A DNA stretch of 63,104 nt, counting the filler, from Limisphaerales bacterium (GTDB lineage: Bacteria > Verrucomicrobiota > Verrucomicrobiia > Limisphaerales > SIBE01): assembly GCA_044225505.1 (NCBI GenBank). It is 4 parts of 4 records of this genome, joined end to end, with 100 filler letters (N's around TTAATTAATTAA, not from the genome) between each part and the next. Parts side by side here need not be neighbours in the genome. Positions count along the whole stretch, not along the records: positions 15,859 to 31,659 come from JBGAIN010000185.1; positions 31,760 to 47,387 come from JBGAIN010000186.1; 2 more parts are not named here. One strand, given 5' to 3'. A program made the translations under genes and the position numbers. The notes below the pieces were generated by a model. That model made no database searches, was not told the DNA's origin, and worked only from the letters and a program-made list of their open reading frames with translations. Positions within the stretch are counted from its first letter, which is position 1; every line of letters starts with the position of its first letter. Of this stretch, positions 27,940-38,269 are shown piece after piece.

Positions 27940-30096
27940 ATGCGATTCTTGTACTTTTTCACCGGCTTTATTGCCGTTTTTTCGGCCTTGAAGTGCAGGG
28001 CAGCGACGATCGTATGGTACGAGCCCAATCCAAAATACTCGATCGCGCGCAACTGGAATGAGCGTGCGCTGGAGAGCATCCGCATGGACACTCCACACCC
28101 ACCCGTTCAGGCGAGAAATTTATTTAGCTACTCTGTCTGTATGTATGACGCATGGGCGGCTTACGATACCAACTCGGTCGGTTTCATTTATCACTCCAAG
28201 CACACGACTACCGATGTGGCTGCCGCGCGTCGGGAAGCGATCAGTTACGCAATGTATCGGATGATGGTGGAGAGGCTTGCCTTCTCTAGGACCGCGACTA
28301 ACCAGGCGACCAGAAACCCCGAGTTCATGACCGCGTTGGGTTATGATCCCAACAATGATTCGCGCGATCCCTCAACACCCGCGGGGGTGGGAAATCGAAT
28401 CTACGACGCCGTTTCAGCGTATTTCCTCGACGATGGGTCAAGACAAACTTCCGGCACACCCTTTCCGCAGGCGAATCCACCCAGGGCGTATCCAGACGCT
28501 GCCGTGGCGGACGGTGGCTACGGTTATTTTAATCCCCCCGCTGCTGTGGCGCTGCCTGGGCTCACCGATGGCACGAACAACACGATCAAGGATGTCAATC
28601 GCTGGCAACGACTGGTCGTGGCCAATTCGATTGATCAAAATGGCTTTCCTCAGAATCCTCTCCAGCCGTTTGTGGGAGCCCAGTGGCTGCAAGTGCGGCC
28701 GTACCAACTCGCTCGGATTGATCCCACGTTGCCCTGGGTCGACCCAGGCCCTCCACCATTGTTCGGAAAGGCTACTCATGCGCAGTTTATCAATGAAGTT
28801 CTAACCGTGCTGTGGGCGAGCAGCCAGTTGTCCCCTGACGATGGGGAAACGATGGACATTTCTCCCGGAAAGTTTGGCAATAACAGCCTCGATTTCGTCG
28901 GGGAGTACGGCACCAACTCGTTCAAAGTTTATGATGGGCAGGGCTACGCCACGAATCCAATCACCGGGCAGCCTTACGCCCCCAATTTGGTCAAGCGGGG
29001 TGACTTTGCCCGTGTGCTTGCGGAATTCTGGGCCGACGGTCCCAGGTCAGAGACTCCCCCTGGTCACTGGAACGTTGTGGCCAACGACGTCTCTGACAAT
29101 CCGGCGCTAATCAAGCGAATCGGCGGAACAGGGCCAGTTGTCGATGATCTGGAATGGGACGTAAAAACCTACTTTGCGGTCAACGCAGCGACCCATGAAG
29201 CGGCCTGCGCGTGCTGGGCGGTCAAGCGTTACTATGACGGATGGCGTCCGCTCAGTGCGATTCGTTATCTGGCCGGGCTGGGGCAGAGCAGCGATCCAAA
29301 TCTCCAGCCATACAATCCCAACGGCATTCCTCTGGTGCCAAACTTGGTCGAAATCATTACCGACGAATCCATCGCGTCCGGTCGGCACGCTGGATTGACT
29401 AAAGGAAAAATCGCTGTCCGGGCCTGGCCTGGTCAGCCGGAGGACCCAGCCAACGAGGCAAGCGGGGTGAAGTGGATCCACATGGAGAATTGGATTGCGT
29501 ACCAGCTCAAGACCTTCGTGACTCCCGCTTTTCCAGGATATATCTCTGGGCACAGCACGTTCAGCCGATCCGCTGCTGAAGTCCTGACGGCTCTGACCGG
29601 TTCTCCGTTCGTTCCCGGCGGGCTTGGGTCCCACACCTCGGTCGAAGGCACAATCACGGATTTAAAGAACGAAGCCGGGCCTAGCCAGCCGGTGACTCTC
29701 CAATGGGCGACGTTCTACGACGCTGCAGACCAGGCCGGACTCTCGCGCATCTTTGGTGGCATCCATCCACCCGTGGATAACTACTGGGGTCGAATCGTTG
29801 GCTCTCAAGCCGGGAAAGCCGTATGGGAAGTCGCTCGAAAATACTTCGACGGTTCCATCACCAACGCCCCGGTCGCGCTGACTCTGCGGAAGCTCGATGG
29901 CGGCAAATCGGAGGTGCGTTACAACACGGTTCGGGCGATGTATTATGAATTGCAGGCAACGACGGACCTTAGCAAACCCTTCGCTACAGTTTTGGGCGGG
30001 AATGCTGTTCGAGCGCTCGAGTCTTCCTTGGCGATCACCAATAGCGCCGATCAACCTGCGACCTTCTACCGCGCGGTGCAAAAGCCGAGTCCCTGA
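27940..30096 (+). CDS. Secreted vanadium-dependent haloperoxidase-like (PAP2 superfamily) protein
   Basis: Signal peptide; KRYYDGWRP, PAFPGYISGHS, SRIFGGIH; C-terminal ...FYR domain. Confidence 0.85.
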   Translation: MRFLYFFTGFIAVFSALKCRAATIVWYEPNPKYSIARNWNERALESIRMDTPHPPVQARNLFSYSVCMYDAWAAYDTNSVGFIYHSKHTTTDVAAARREAISYAMYRMMVERLAFSRTATNQATRNPEFMTALGYDPNNDSRDPSTPAGVGNRIYDAVSAYFLDDGSRQTSGTPFPQANPPRAYPDAAVADGGYGYFNPPAAVALPGLTDGTNNTIKDVNRWQRLVVANSIDQNGFPQNPLQPFVGAQWLQVRPYQLARIDPTLPWVDPGPPPLFGKATHAQFINEVLTVLWASSQLSPDDGETMDISPGKFGNNSLDFVGEYGTNSFKVYDGQGYATNPITGQPYAPNLVKRGDFARVLAEFWADGPRSETPPGHWNVVANDVSDNPALIKRIGGTGPVVDDLEWDVKTYFAVNAATHEAACACWAVKRYYDGWRPLSAIRYLAGLGQSSDPNLQPYNPNGIPLVPNLVEIITDESIASGRHAGLTKGKIAVRAWPGQPEDPANEASGVKWIHMENWIAYQLKTFVTPAFPGYISGHSTFSRSAAEVLTALTGSPFVPGGLGSHTSVEGTITDLKNEAGPSQPVTLQWATFYDAADQAGLSRIFGGIHPPVDNYWGRIVGSQAGKAVWEVARKYFDGSITNAPVALTLRKLDGGKSEVRYNTVRAMYYELQATTDLSKPFATVLGGNAVRALESSLAITNSADQPATFYRAVQKPSP

Positions 30097-30161
30097 CATG
30101 CCTTGAATCCAGACGTTTGGCAGCCGACCCACGGCGTTGCCCCGAACAGCGATAAATCCCT

Positions 30162-31190
30162 ATGCGTTCGACACTCCAAACTCCAAGCGTCGATCCTTCT
30201 CGATGGCGCCTTCTGGCTGGCATCCTCCTCGCTGGGCTGGGATGCGCTGGTAGCTTCAAGATTCAAAGTGCCCCAGTCTTTCCTCTCCAAGAAGCGGTCG
30301 CTAAAGAACTCGCCGATGCCAGCCCGATGGCTGATCCCGGCGACATCCGGGCGCGGGACCTGGCGGCGGACAGCCTCGTGCGCTGCCGCACCTTTCTGGC
30401 GGCTGCCCAAGACCGCCTCTTGTGGGGTGGATGTGACCCAGTGAAGGGGTTCGATCCTCTCACCTACAACCTGACCGAATTTGAACCCCTGGTCTGGCTC
30501 AGGTTGTATGCCTCCACCATCATGCTGGCGAGTGCGCACGAGATTCGGAAAGAGGGTCCGTACACCATCCTGGAGATGAAGGCGAAATTCCGGTCGAAGC
30601 TCGATCCCGGAGAGTATCCCTATCCCTTCTGGCACTCGGCGAAGAAATGGCAGGCATACCTTAATCTGAAGTCTTTGGCGGTGGTCTTCCAAGACGATCG
30701 GATCGTCGCCGCCTATCGCATTGCGTCGGAGTCGATCACTGCCGCCGAACAGCGTCCTTGGGATGGCCAGTGGCATTGGGAGGATGCCAACGGTCAGGAG
30801 CAGCCGAGAGTTGCGCTATTCAGCTATATGTTTAGCGCGGACAATCCCCATCGCGCACAGGTCGAACAAGCTTACCGCACACTCGAAGCTCAATTCCGCG
30901 CCCAGACCTGCACGGCGTGTCACGCGCCCGACAACAAAGGAAAATCCAAAGCGCTTCTGATGCTGAACTACCCGAATCAATCCCTGGTCTCTCGACATAA
31001 GCTGGTCCAAGTGTTGATGGAAAACCAAATGCCCCCGGCAGACGAAGAAAATGGGCATCCTGCCGGCATTCCTGATAAGGCCAAACGCGACGAGATAGTC
31101 AAACTCGCGAGACGATTTGCGGCGGAGGCCGACGCCGCAGTTGGCTATCAAAAGGCACATGACTTATCGCGCGAACCGAACAGGAATTAG
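30162..31190 (+). CDS. Exported hypothetical monoheme c-type cytochrome
   Basis: N-terminal hydrophobic signal; CTACH heme motif followed by QMPP (candidate axial Met). Confidence 0.72.
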   Translation: MRSTLQTPSVDPSRWRLLAGILLAGLGCAGSFKIQSAPVFPLQEAVAKELADASPMADPGDIRARDLAADSLVRCRTFLAAAQDRLLWGGCDPVKGFDPLTYNLTEFEPLVWLRLYASTIMLASAHEIRKEGPYTILEMKAKFRSKLDPGEYPYPFWHSAKKWQAYLNLKSLAVVFQDDRIVAAYRIASESITAAEQRPWDGQWHWEDANGQEQPRVALFSYMFSADNPHRAQVEQAYRTLEAQFRAQTCTACHAPDNKGKSKALLMLNYPNQSLVSRHKLVQVLMENQMPPADEENGHPAGIPDKAKRDEIVKLARRFAAEADAAVGYQKAHDLSREPNRN

Positions 31191-31659
31191 AGGACAAGGC
31201 TTTGCCAATTCGCTCCCAACGAGCCATGCTCCGAGAGAGAACGAATACTGGACCGATGGCTGCCCGTCAGGCAGGGCGAATTGGAGGTCGCCGGGTTCGA
31301 ACCGAGTGAGCGCTGAATCCCCGAGCGCCTTCGCACTCCGAATCCGCAATCGATTGGCTTTACGCTCTTAGAGGTAAACACCTTTGAAATGGGCTGTAGG
31401 CCAGCCCAAACTGCTTCTTCGCATTCAAGACGAATTCTGAGGCCGAGTTTGATTGTCTTCGAGGTTCGACGCATTCACTGGCCAGCCGCCTTTGTGGCAT
31501 ACCTTAACTGGAGAATACCCTCCCATCTCCAGGCTGGAAGGGGACAAAGCTTAAATGTCCAGGGACAGCATTTTCAGCTCCATTCATCTCCGCGTTCTGA
31601 CTTCCTGAGGAACGCGGAAATTAGAGCTGTCACGCTGCCATCCAGATCGGAACGCGGAC

Positions 31660-31759
31660 NNNNNNNNNNNNNNNNNNNNNNNNNNNNNNNNNNNNNNNNN
31701 NNNTTAATTAATTAANNNNNNNNNNNNNNNNNNNNNNNNNNNNNNNNNNNNNNNNNNNN
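31660..31759. other. Artificial contig linker
   Basis: N-run with TTAATTAATTAA. Confidence 0.98.
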
Positions 31760-32166
31760 TTGCCAAGGATGGGACTTTGGCCAGCCCAGAAGATGCGGAC
31801 CGCAACACCGAGGTCCCACCGAATCTCAGCGTTTCCTATTTGCCAGTGAATGAAATGCTGCCCTGTGTGGGTCAAGGCGCGATTGGGATTGAAGGTCGAT
31901 GCCACGACGAGACGATGTCGTCGGTTTTTGCTCATCTGAACCATCCAGAGACCCTGGCTTGTGTTGAGGCCGAACGCTCCTTCCTCCGCGCCATGGGAGG
32001 CGGATGCCTAAGTCCGGTGGCGGCGTTGGGCGAGTTCGTGAAGAGTCAATTGCGACTTCGTGCGATCTCCTTCAGAGACGCAGCCGTGCGGCGGACCGAG
32101 CGGTTGGGAGCGGTGGAGAATGCAGCTCAGCTCGGGATAGATGCGGCCAACGACGTTCAATCGTAG
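31760..32166 (+). CDS. hemC: Hydroxymethylbilane synthase, C-terminal fragment
   Basis: MLPCVGQGAIGIE, AERSFLRAMGGGCLSPVAA. Confidence 0.88.
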
Positions 32167-32273
32167 CTGGCGCTACCCGTTATGGAGCGCCGATTAGACT
32201 CCCGTTCATTTTCAACCCCCACTCAAGAGAAAACCTATCACCCTGTGCTCCAGTGTGAGTTCAGCGGGTAATC

Positions 32274-34106
32274 ATGGACAATCTTGGCATTCACCGTCCA
32301 CGCAATGTGGACTGGAAGCGTGCCGCAGCGCTGCTCTACGGCGACTGGGGCACGAGCAAGGCCTATGTCATTGGCTTTGCCTTCAGTGGGGCGTTCGCCA
32401 TCCACTATAGCCAAGCGCTGCCGATCATCCTCGCCGTCTCAGCGTTAACAGCGCTCGTGGCCTACAACTATGTTGTCATTTGCCGGCATTTTCCGGACGG
32501 CGGGGGCGTTTACTCCGCGGCGCGTGACCAAAGCCGGCTTCTAGCGGTGATGGGCGCTCTCTTGTTGGTCGCCAACTTCTCCGTCACGGCGGCGATGAGC
32601 GGTTGGGCAGCGATGAGTTATTTTCGTGTCCCATCGCATCACGTTGTGATGGCAACCATTGCGACCATGCTCGCGGTCGGCGCCATCAATTATTTCGGTC
32701 CGAAGCACAGCGGGAGCGTCGCGGTTTCGCTGGCGATTCCGATGGTTCTTGTGGTTCTGGCCGTGGCGGGCCTTAGCGTTGCTTCCGGGACTTTGTCGAC
32801 CGTGAACCTCAAACCACTCGGGCCGTACCCGGCGCGCAATTGGGAGGCGTTTGTCGGAATGATCCTGGCGCTAAGCGGGGTGGAAGCGATTGCCAACCTC
32901 ACAGGCGTGATGAAGCTGGATCCGAATTCGACAATGGAGAAACCCAGGGTCGCGCAGACCGCCCGGAAAGCGATTCTGCCCGTGACCATCGAGGTGGTCT
33001 TAGGAACGGCGTTACTGGGCTGGGCCATGCTATCGCTCCCGATCAAAGCGGCGCCAATTCTTCACGCGCGTTGGCAGGATATGCTCAGCGTGCTCGCGGA
33101 ATTATATGGCACGATGGTCGTCGGAAAGTGGTTCGGTGAGGCGTTCGGCGTAGTTGTCGGAATTGTCGTCGGATTACTTCTGCTCAGTGCGGTCAACACG
33201 GCTATCGGAGCTTTGATCGGTTTGAATTACATGTTGGCACGAGATGGTGAGATGCCAAAACGTTTCACCAAGCTGAATTTGCATGGCGTTCCCAAAATGC
33301 CACTGGCGATTGCTTTGGCTCTGCCGATCACGGTGGTCTCGTTTGCCGGGAATTTGGAGAGCTTGATGGGGCTCTATGCCATCGGCGTGGTCGGGGCCAT
33401 CACCGTCAATCTAGGCTCGTGCACCTTCAACCGTCGACTCCCGCTGCGTTGGTACGAGCGAGGCGTGATGGGATTGACCTTCCTAATCCTGTTCGCGGTT
33501 GAACTCACCGTCGCAAAGACCAAGCCGGACGCACTTTTCTTCGCGTGCTGCGTCGTTGGAGTCGGATTTGGGCTGCGCAACTTTGCCCAACGCAAAGCGG
33601 GCTTGCGAACCTTGACGGTAAGCGAGGAAGTCGCTGCTCACGTCGCGCCAGAGACCGTCCCTGACTTCAAGTTTGACTACAAAGCAGGCCAAACCATTCT
33701 CGTCGCCGCCCGGGGAGTGACGCCGGTCCTGCGGTTCGCGCTGGAAGAGGCGAGCCTTCGCCAAGGGACTTTGTACGTGCTCTACGTCAAAGAACTGGCC
33801 GTCACGTTGCAGGGTCCCGTCGAGTCCACTGAACGATCCCGTTGGCAGGATGATCCCCGAGCTGCTGCCATCATGTACGCCATGCTGAAACAGGGTCAAC
33901 AAGCGGAAGTCCCCGTCATTCCGTTGTATGCCGTGAGCGATAATCCCGCCGCCACGATCTTGGACCTCTCCGCAACACTGGGGATCGATATCCTCATGCT
34001 GGGGACGTCTCACCGGCACGGGCTCGCCACGGTCCTAAAGGGGGATGTGGTTAGCGAAGTGATCCGAAGCTTACCGGAAAGCATCCAATTGGTTATTCAC
34101 GGCTGA
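32274..34106 (+). CDS. APC family amino acid permease with C-terminal universal stress protein domain
   Basis: YGDWGTSKAY, GGGVY, SGVEAIAN, about 12 TM helices, USP-like tail (LKGDVV). Confidence 0.88.
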   Translation: MDNLGIHRPRNVDWKRAAALLYGDWGTSKAYVIGFAFSGAFAIHYSQALPIILAVSALTALVAYNYVVICRHFPDGGGVYSAARDQSRLLAVMGALLLVANFSVTAAMSGWAAMSYFRVPSHHVVMATIATMLAVGAINYFGPKHSGSVAVSLAIPMVLVVLAVAGLSVASGTLSTVNLKPLGPYPARNWEAFVGMILALSGVEAIANLTGVMKLDPNSTMEKPRVAQTARKAILPVTIEVVLGTALLGWAMLSLPIKAAPILHARWQDMLSVLAELYGTMVVGKWFGEAFGVVVGIVVGLLLLSAVNTAIGALIGLNYMLARDGEMPKRFTKLNLHGVPKMPLAIALALPITVVSFAGNLESLMGLYAIGVVGAITVNLGSCTFNRRLPLRWYERGVMGLTFLILFAVELTVAKTKPDALFFACCVVGVGFGLRNFAQRKAGLRTLTVSEEVAAHVAPETVPDFKFDYKAGQTILVAARGVTPVLRFALEEASLRQGTLYVLYVKELAVTLQGPVESTERSRWQDDPRAAAIMYAMLKQGQQAEVPVIPLYAVSDNPAATILDLSATLGIDILMLGTSHRHGLATVLKGDVVSEVIRSLPESIQLVIHG

Positions 34107-35350
34107 GCAGATTCGCCTGGCGCGGACCACTGTCCCCACCACGAATCAAACGTCTCCGCGCTTCGCACCAACCGCAAGGCCCCCGCCTCGTGCCACAGTA
34201 CCGCCGCAGCGCCATGTGAGAACCGCGTTTCCCAAGAAAGGTGGTAAGCCCCGGCATCCATCCAAACCAGCCAGTCGCCCGGTCGCAACGTCCTAGGCAG
34301 GAGACGCCGCGTCAGGGAGTCATAGGCCATGCAGGTCGGTCCGCAAACCGAAGTCAACCTTCTGCCCCCCGCGCGCGTTGGTAGCGAGAACATGTCATGG
34401 CTCTCCCAGCTCGAGACCAGCGCATTCAAGGTCCGGCCGCCGTCGCAGATCAAGTGTCGCACTCGACCACGATCCTTCGCCTCCAGGATCCGAACGATCA
34501 AGACCCCCGAACGAGCACTGACAAACCGACCATTCTCCAACCAAAGCTCCTCCAATCCCGGAAACTGCGCAACGACCTTTCTGTAAAACGCCGCCATCGC
34601 TCGGAGCGAGAAGTCGGCATCATACCGCCGTCCCTGGAAACTCTCGACATGAGGAGCGGGAAAACCACCGCCAAGGTCAAGGTGCTTGGGAAAAAAGCGA
34701 GTCGCACGACATAATTGTGCCACTTCCACCGCCGCCTTGGCGTAGGAGTCCACCGCCGCCACGTTGGTGCGGAGATGAAAGTGGAGAGTTTCCAGGCGCA
34801 CCTTGGCTCGTCGGAGCCGTTCAATCGAAGATGCCAATTCGCCTGGATCCATTCCGAACTGCGTTGGGAATTGCGGAGCTTCAGGATCCACTTCGCCTTC
34901 CGTGTGGCACCGAAGGCCAACACTCCAATTCAATCGACGTGCGAGCGAACAAAGCGACCGCAGCTCGTTGCTCGAATCGAAGTTGACGCGCAAGCCGGGA
35001 AGCGGGTATAGGCCCAGCCAACGATGCTTGGCCGGTCCGTTGACGAGAATCTGGGAAGGAGCGAAGCCCTCGCGCAAAGCCGCCTTCAACTCAAATTCGC
35101 TGACAACTTCGATATCCAAGCCCTGCCTCCGCCACCAGCGTAGAAGCGGCGGTAACGGCTGGGTTTTACATGAAAGCCAATGCCTAATTCCGATTGGGAC
35201 AGAACGTTGAAGCGCTTTCAGTTCCACCAACGCGGCGTTGATCGGTTCCGCTGAGAACACGAAACAGGGCGTTGGAGCCAGACGCACGGCCTGGCGAACA
35301 AGTCTCTTCCAGAAGTGCAAGGTCTGCGGCCCCTGGTCAAACGCGTCCAT
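34097..35350 (-). CDS. Group IV PLP-dependent decarboxylase (LysA/ODC-like)
   Basis: SCKTQ (PLP Lys), HFH, LDLGGGF, ENGRF, GPTCMAYD, GAY. Confidence 0.82.
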   Translation of the reverse strand: MDAFDQGPQTLHFWKRLVRQAVRLAPTPCFVFSAEPINAALVELKALQRSVPIGIRHWLSCKTQPLPPLLRWWRRQGLDIEVVSEFELKAALREGFAPSQILVNGPAKHRWLGLYPLPGLRVNFDSSNELRSLCSLARRLNWSVGLRCHTEGEVDPEAPQFPTQFGMDPGELASSIERLRRAKVRLETLHFHLRTNVAAVDSYAKAAVEVAQLCRATRFFPKHLDLGGGFPAPHVESFQGRRYDADFSLRAMAAFYRKVVAQFPGLEELWLENGRFVSARSGVLIVRILEAKDRGRVRHLICDGGRTLNALVSSWESHDMFSLPTRAGGRRLTSVCGPTCMAYDSLTRRLLPRTLRPGDWLVWMDAGAYHLSWETRFSHGAAAVLWHEAGALRLVRSAETFDSWWGQWSAPGESAQP

Positions 35351-36232
35351 TCACTCGAATGCGAACACAGGTAAGTTCGTTCCTGTTCGGATGGCATCCC
35401 CAATGGCGGCCAATTCGTCCTTCGACAACTTCGTGGCGAAGGGCTCGGGGGTAGGTCGCGCCACGGTGTAAGCATGAACTTCCTTAATCTGCGCCCCCGC
35501 CGCCTTCATGTCGCAAAGCCGCGCGATGTACGCTGCCAGTTCCGCAGCTGGAATGGCTTCGCCGTGGACTTTCAGAAACAGGCTCTGAATCACCATCGGC
35601 CGGACGCGCGAAGCCTCCGTCAGATTCTTAAGAATGCGATCAAAACGAATCGACGTCCGATTAATCCGCTGAAAGTACTCTTCCGTCCCGGCGTCCAGTT
35701 TCCCCCAAATTTCTCCCTGGTTCAGATCCATAATCTCCAATCCCCGGCGCACGTCCGCTTTGTCCAAGCCAGCCGCGTCAGTGATCAAAACGATCTTGGT
35801 GCGCGGCAGGTTCTCCGAGTGTTTGGCGTTCACGACGACTTGCACGCAATCGGCGAAGTTGTGAATCATGGTAGGCTCGCCATCACCGCTGAAAGCAATA
35901 TCTTTGATGTCCCGGGTGAGCCAAGGCACTTCGCTAAACTTGGGTTCCTTGGCAAGACCCCCGTCTTTGGCGAAACGGATCATCGCGATCAATTCGTCCC
36001 GCATCTGGCAGAGATCCACTTGCGAAACTTTCCCAGGGGTTCGTCGGTCCACCTCGCAGTAAATGCAGTCGAAATTACAGATCTTGTCCGGGTTCAAGTT
36101 GATTCCGATGGAGAGACCGCGTGAGCGGCGCGAAATGACCGGATAAACAAAGGTGAAGTCCGCGAACTGCCTGACGTGGTCCTGCACTGCGGCCAACGCT
36201 CGCTTCCGGATCTGTATTAGCTGGCTGCTCAT
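35351..36232 (-). CDS. Radical SAM protein of unknown function
   Basis: YPVISRRS.GLSIGINL, CNFDCIYC, FSGDGEPT. Confidence 0.88.
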   Translation of the reverse strand: MSSQLIQIRKRALAAVQDHVRQFADFTFVYPVISRRSRGLSIGINLNPDKICNFDCIYCEVDRRTPGKVSQVDLCQMRDELIAMIRFAKDGGLAKEPKFSEVPWLTRDIKDIAFSGDGEPTMIHNFADCVQVVVNAKHSENLPRTKIVLITDAAGLDKADVRRGLEIMDLNQGEIWGKLDAGTEEYFQRINRTSIRFDRILKNLTEASRVRPMVIQSLFLKVHGEAIPAAELAAYIARLCDMKAAGAQIKEVHAYTVARPTPEPFATKLSKDELAAIGDAIRTGTNLPVFAFE

Positions 36233-36262
36233 ACATTGCCGCACCGTCGCGCCTCGAATCCG

Positions 36263-37033
36263 CTACATACCCATGATCTGATACCCTGCATCGACGTAGA
36301 TCACCTGGCCTGTTATCGCTGCCGCTCCGTCGCTGGCCAAGAACAAGCCAGTAGCTCCTAATTCATCCGGCAAGACGTTGCGTTTCAGTGGGGCTTTCTC
36401 CTCGTAATGTTTCAACATCGCCGTGAATCCCGATATTCCTCGAGCAGCCAGGGTATTCATTGGGCCAGCGCTAATGCAATTGACCCGGATCGCTTTCGGT
36501 CCCAAATCGTACGCCAGGTAGCGCGTGCTGGCTTCGAGCGACGCTTTCGCCACACCCATGACATTGTAATGCGGCACGACTTTTTCGGCGCCGTAATAGC
36601 TCATTGCCAAGACACTCCCGCCTTCCGTCATTAATGGAGCAGCCGCTCGCGCCAGCGCCACTAAGGAGTAGGCGCTCACGTCGTGCGCAATGCGAAACGC
36701 TTCCCGCGACGTATCCACAAAGTGCCCTTCCAAAGCGTCGCGGGGAGCGAACGCAACGGAGTGGAGCAGCAAATGAAGCTTGCCAAAGCGCTCCTGGAGT
36801 TTCCCAAAAACGGTGGAAATCTCATCGTCCCGAGTCACATCGCACGGCAACACCAACGTCTCGGGGCCAAAAGTCGATACCAGTTCCTCGACGTTCTCTT
36901 TCAGCCGCTCGCCCTGGTAAGTAAACGCCAGGGTCGCCCCCGCACGATGCCACGCTTGCGCAATGGCCCACGCGATTGAACGCTTGTTCGCGACGCCGAA
37001 AACAATTCCAATTTTTCCTGCGAGCAATGACAT
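36263..37033 (-). CDS. fabI: Enoyl-ACP reductase
   Basis: GVANKRSIAW, YNVMGVAKASLE, ISAGP..TLAA. Confidence 0.95.
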   Translation of the reverse strand: MSLLAGKIGIVFGVANKRSIAWAIAQAWHRAGATLAFTYQGERLKENVEELVSTFGPETLVLPCDVTRDDEISTVFGKLQERFGKLHLLLHSVAFAPRDALEGHFVDTSREAFRIAHDVSAYSLVALARAAAPLMTEGGSVLAMSYYGAEKVVPHYNVMGVAKASLEASTRYLAYDLGPKAIRVNCISAGPMNTLAARGISGFTAMLKHYEEKAPLKRNVLPDELGATGLFLASDGAAAITGQVIYVDAGYQIMGM

Positions 37034-37113
37034 AGTTGAGCAGTTCGCTGCCTTTAATCCTGAGCATGGCTAGAACCACGACATAGATCAATGTCGTTTC
37101 TAACTCTGGGCAT

Positions 37114-38238
37114 TCAGCACTCCGCCAGTGTCGAGCCCTGATTCAATTCGCGTTCGGTTTTCAAACGCAACTGCCCGCACGCCGCGTCGATATCATGCCC
37201 TTTTTCGCGCCGCAGAGTCGCGGCTATCCGGCGTTGCTCCAGACCGCTCAAGAAGGCCTCTTGCGCCTCATCGCTCGGGCGTTGCCAGGACAAGCCATCT
37301 ACCACATTGTACGGGATCAAGTTGACCTTGGCATGGAGTCGACGTGCCAACTCGCTCAGCGGCTTTACTTGCTCGAGTCCGTCGTTCACCCCCTCGATTA
37401 GAATATATTCCAGGGTGATCATCTTCCCCTTTTGCGCGAGATAATACTCGCAAGCGGCCGTTAATTCCGCGAGCGGATATTTCCGATTGACCGGCATGAT
37501 TCTCCCGCGCACCTCATCGGTCGCACCATGCAGCGAAATCGCCAATCGAAACTGGAACGGCTCGTCCGCCAGTTGTCGAATCTTCGGTGCCAGCCCACTC
37601 GTCGATACCGTGATTTTCCGAGCTCCAATCCCTCGTCCCCACGGGGCATTGAGAATCCGCAACGCCTTCAGTAAGTGCTCGTAGTTGGCCAGCGGTTCAC
37701 CCATGCCCATGATCACCAGATTATTGATCAGGCGTCCGTCGGACGCTTCCGACTCATCCGCTCCGAGTGTCTCTTGCACTCGATTCCTTTCCACCGCCAA
37801 AACCTGGTCCACAATCTCTGCTGCGCTCAGGTTTCGTTTCCAGCCTTCTAGTCCGCTCGCGCAGAACTTGCATCCATAGGCGCAACCCACTTGAGTTGAG
37901 ACACAAAGGGTGTGCCGATCACTCGCTTCCCCATAAAGAGCCGGATTGGCGGGAATTAGCACGCTCTCCACGAATGCTCCGTCCGCCAGTCGCCACAAAA
38001 ACTTTTGCGTTGAATCCACTGCTCCTTGCTTGCGCACCAAGGCCAAGTTCGCCCAGGCGTACGTCTGCCCGAGTTGATCGCGCAGCGCTTTAGGCAGGTT
38101 CGACATTTCTGCCCAAGACTTCGCATGGCGTCGGTAAAGCCAATCCAAAATCTGCCCGGCACGGTAGGAAGGTTGTCCCCACGCGGCCAATTGTGCCTGG
38201 AGCTCGTCTGGATCTAACGATCGGATGTCCGTCTTCAC
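37114..38238 (-). CDS. rlmN: 23S rRNA/tRNA m2A methyltransferase (radical SAM)
   Basis: CVSTQVGCAYGCKFC, MGMGEPL, DIDAACGQL; GTG start chosen. Confidence 0.94.
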   Translation of the reverse strand: MKTDIRSLDPDELQAQLAAWGQPSYRAGQILDWLYRRHAKSWAEMSNLPKALRDQLGQTYAWANLALVRKQGAVDSTQKFLWRLADGAFVESVLIPANPALYGEASDRHTLCVSTQVGCAYGCKFCASGLEGWKRNLSAAEIVDQVLAVERNRVQETLGADESEASDGRLINNLVIMGMGEPLANYEHLLKALRILNAPWGRGIGARKITVSTSGLAPKIRQLADEPFQFRLAISLHGATDEVRGRIMPVNRKYPLAELTAACEYYLAQKGKMITLEYILIEGVNDGLEQVKPLSELARRLHAKVNLIPYNVVDGLSWQRPSDEAQEAFLSGLEQRRIAATLRREKGHDIDAACGQLRLKTERELNQGSTLAEC

Positions 38239-38269
38239 GGCGATAGCATACCGGAACAAAGCGGCTCCG

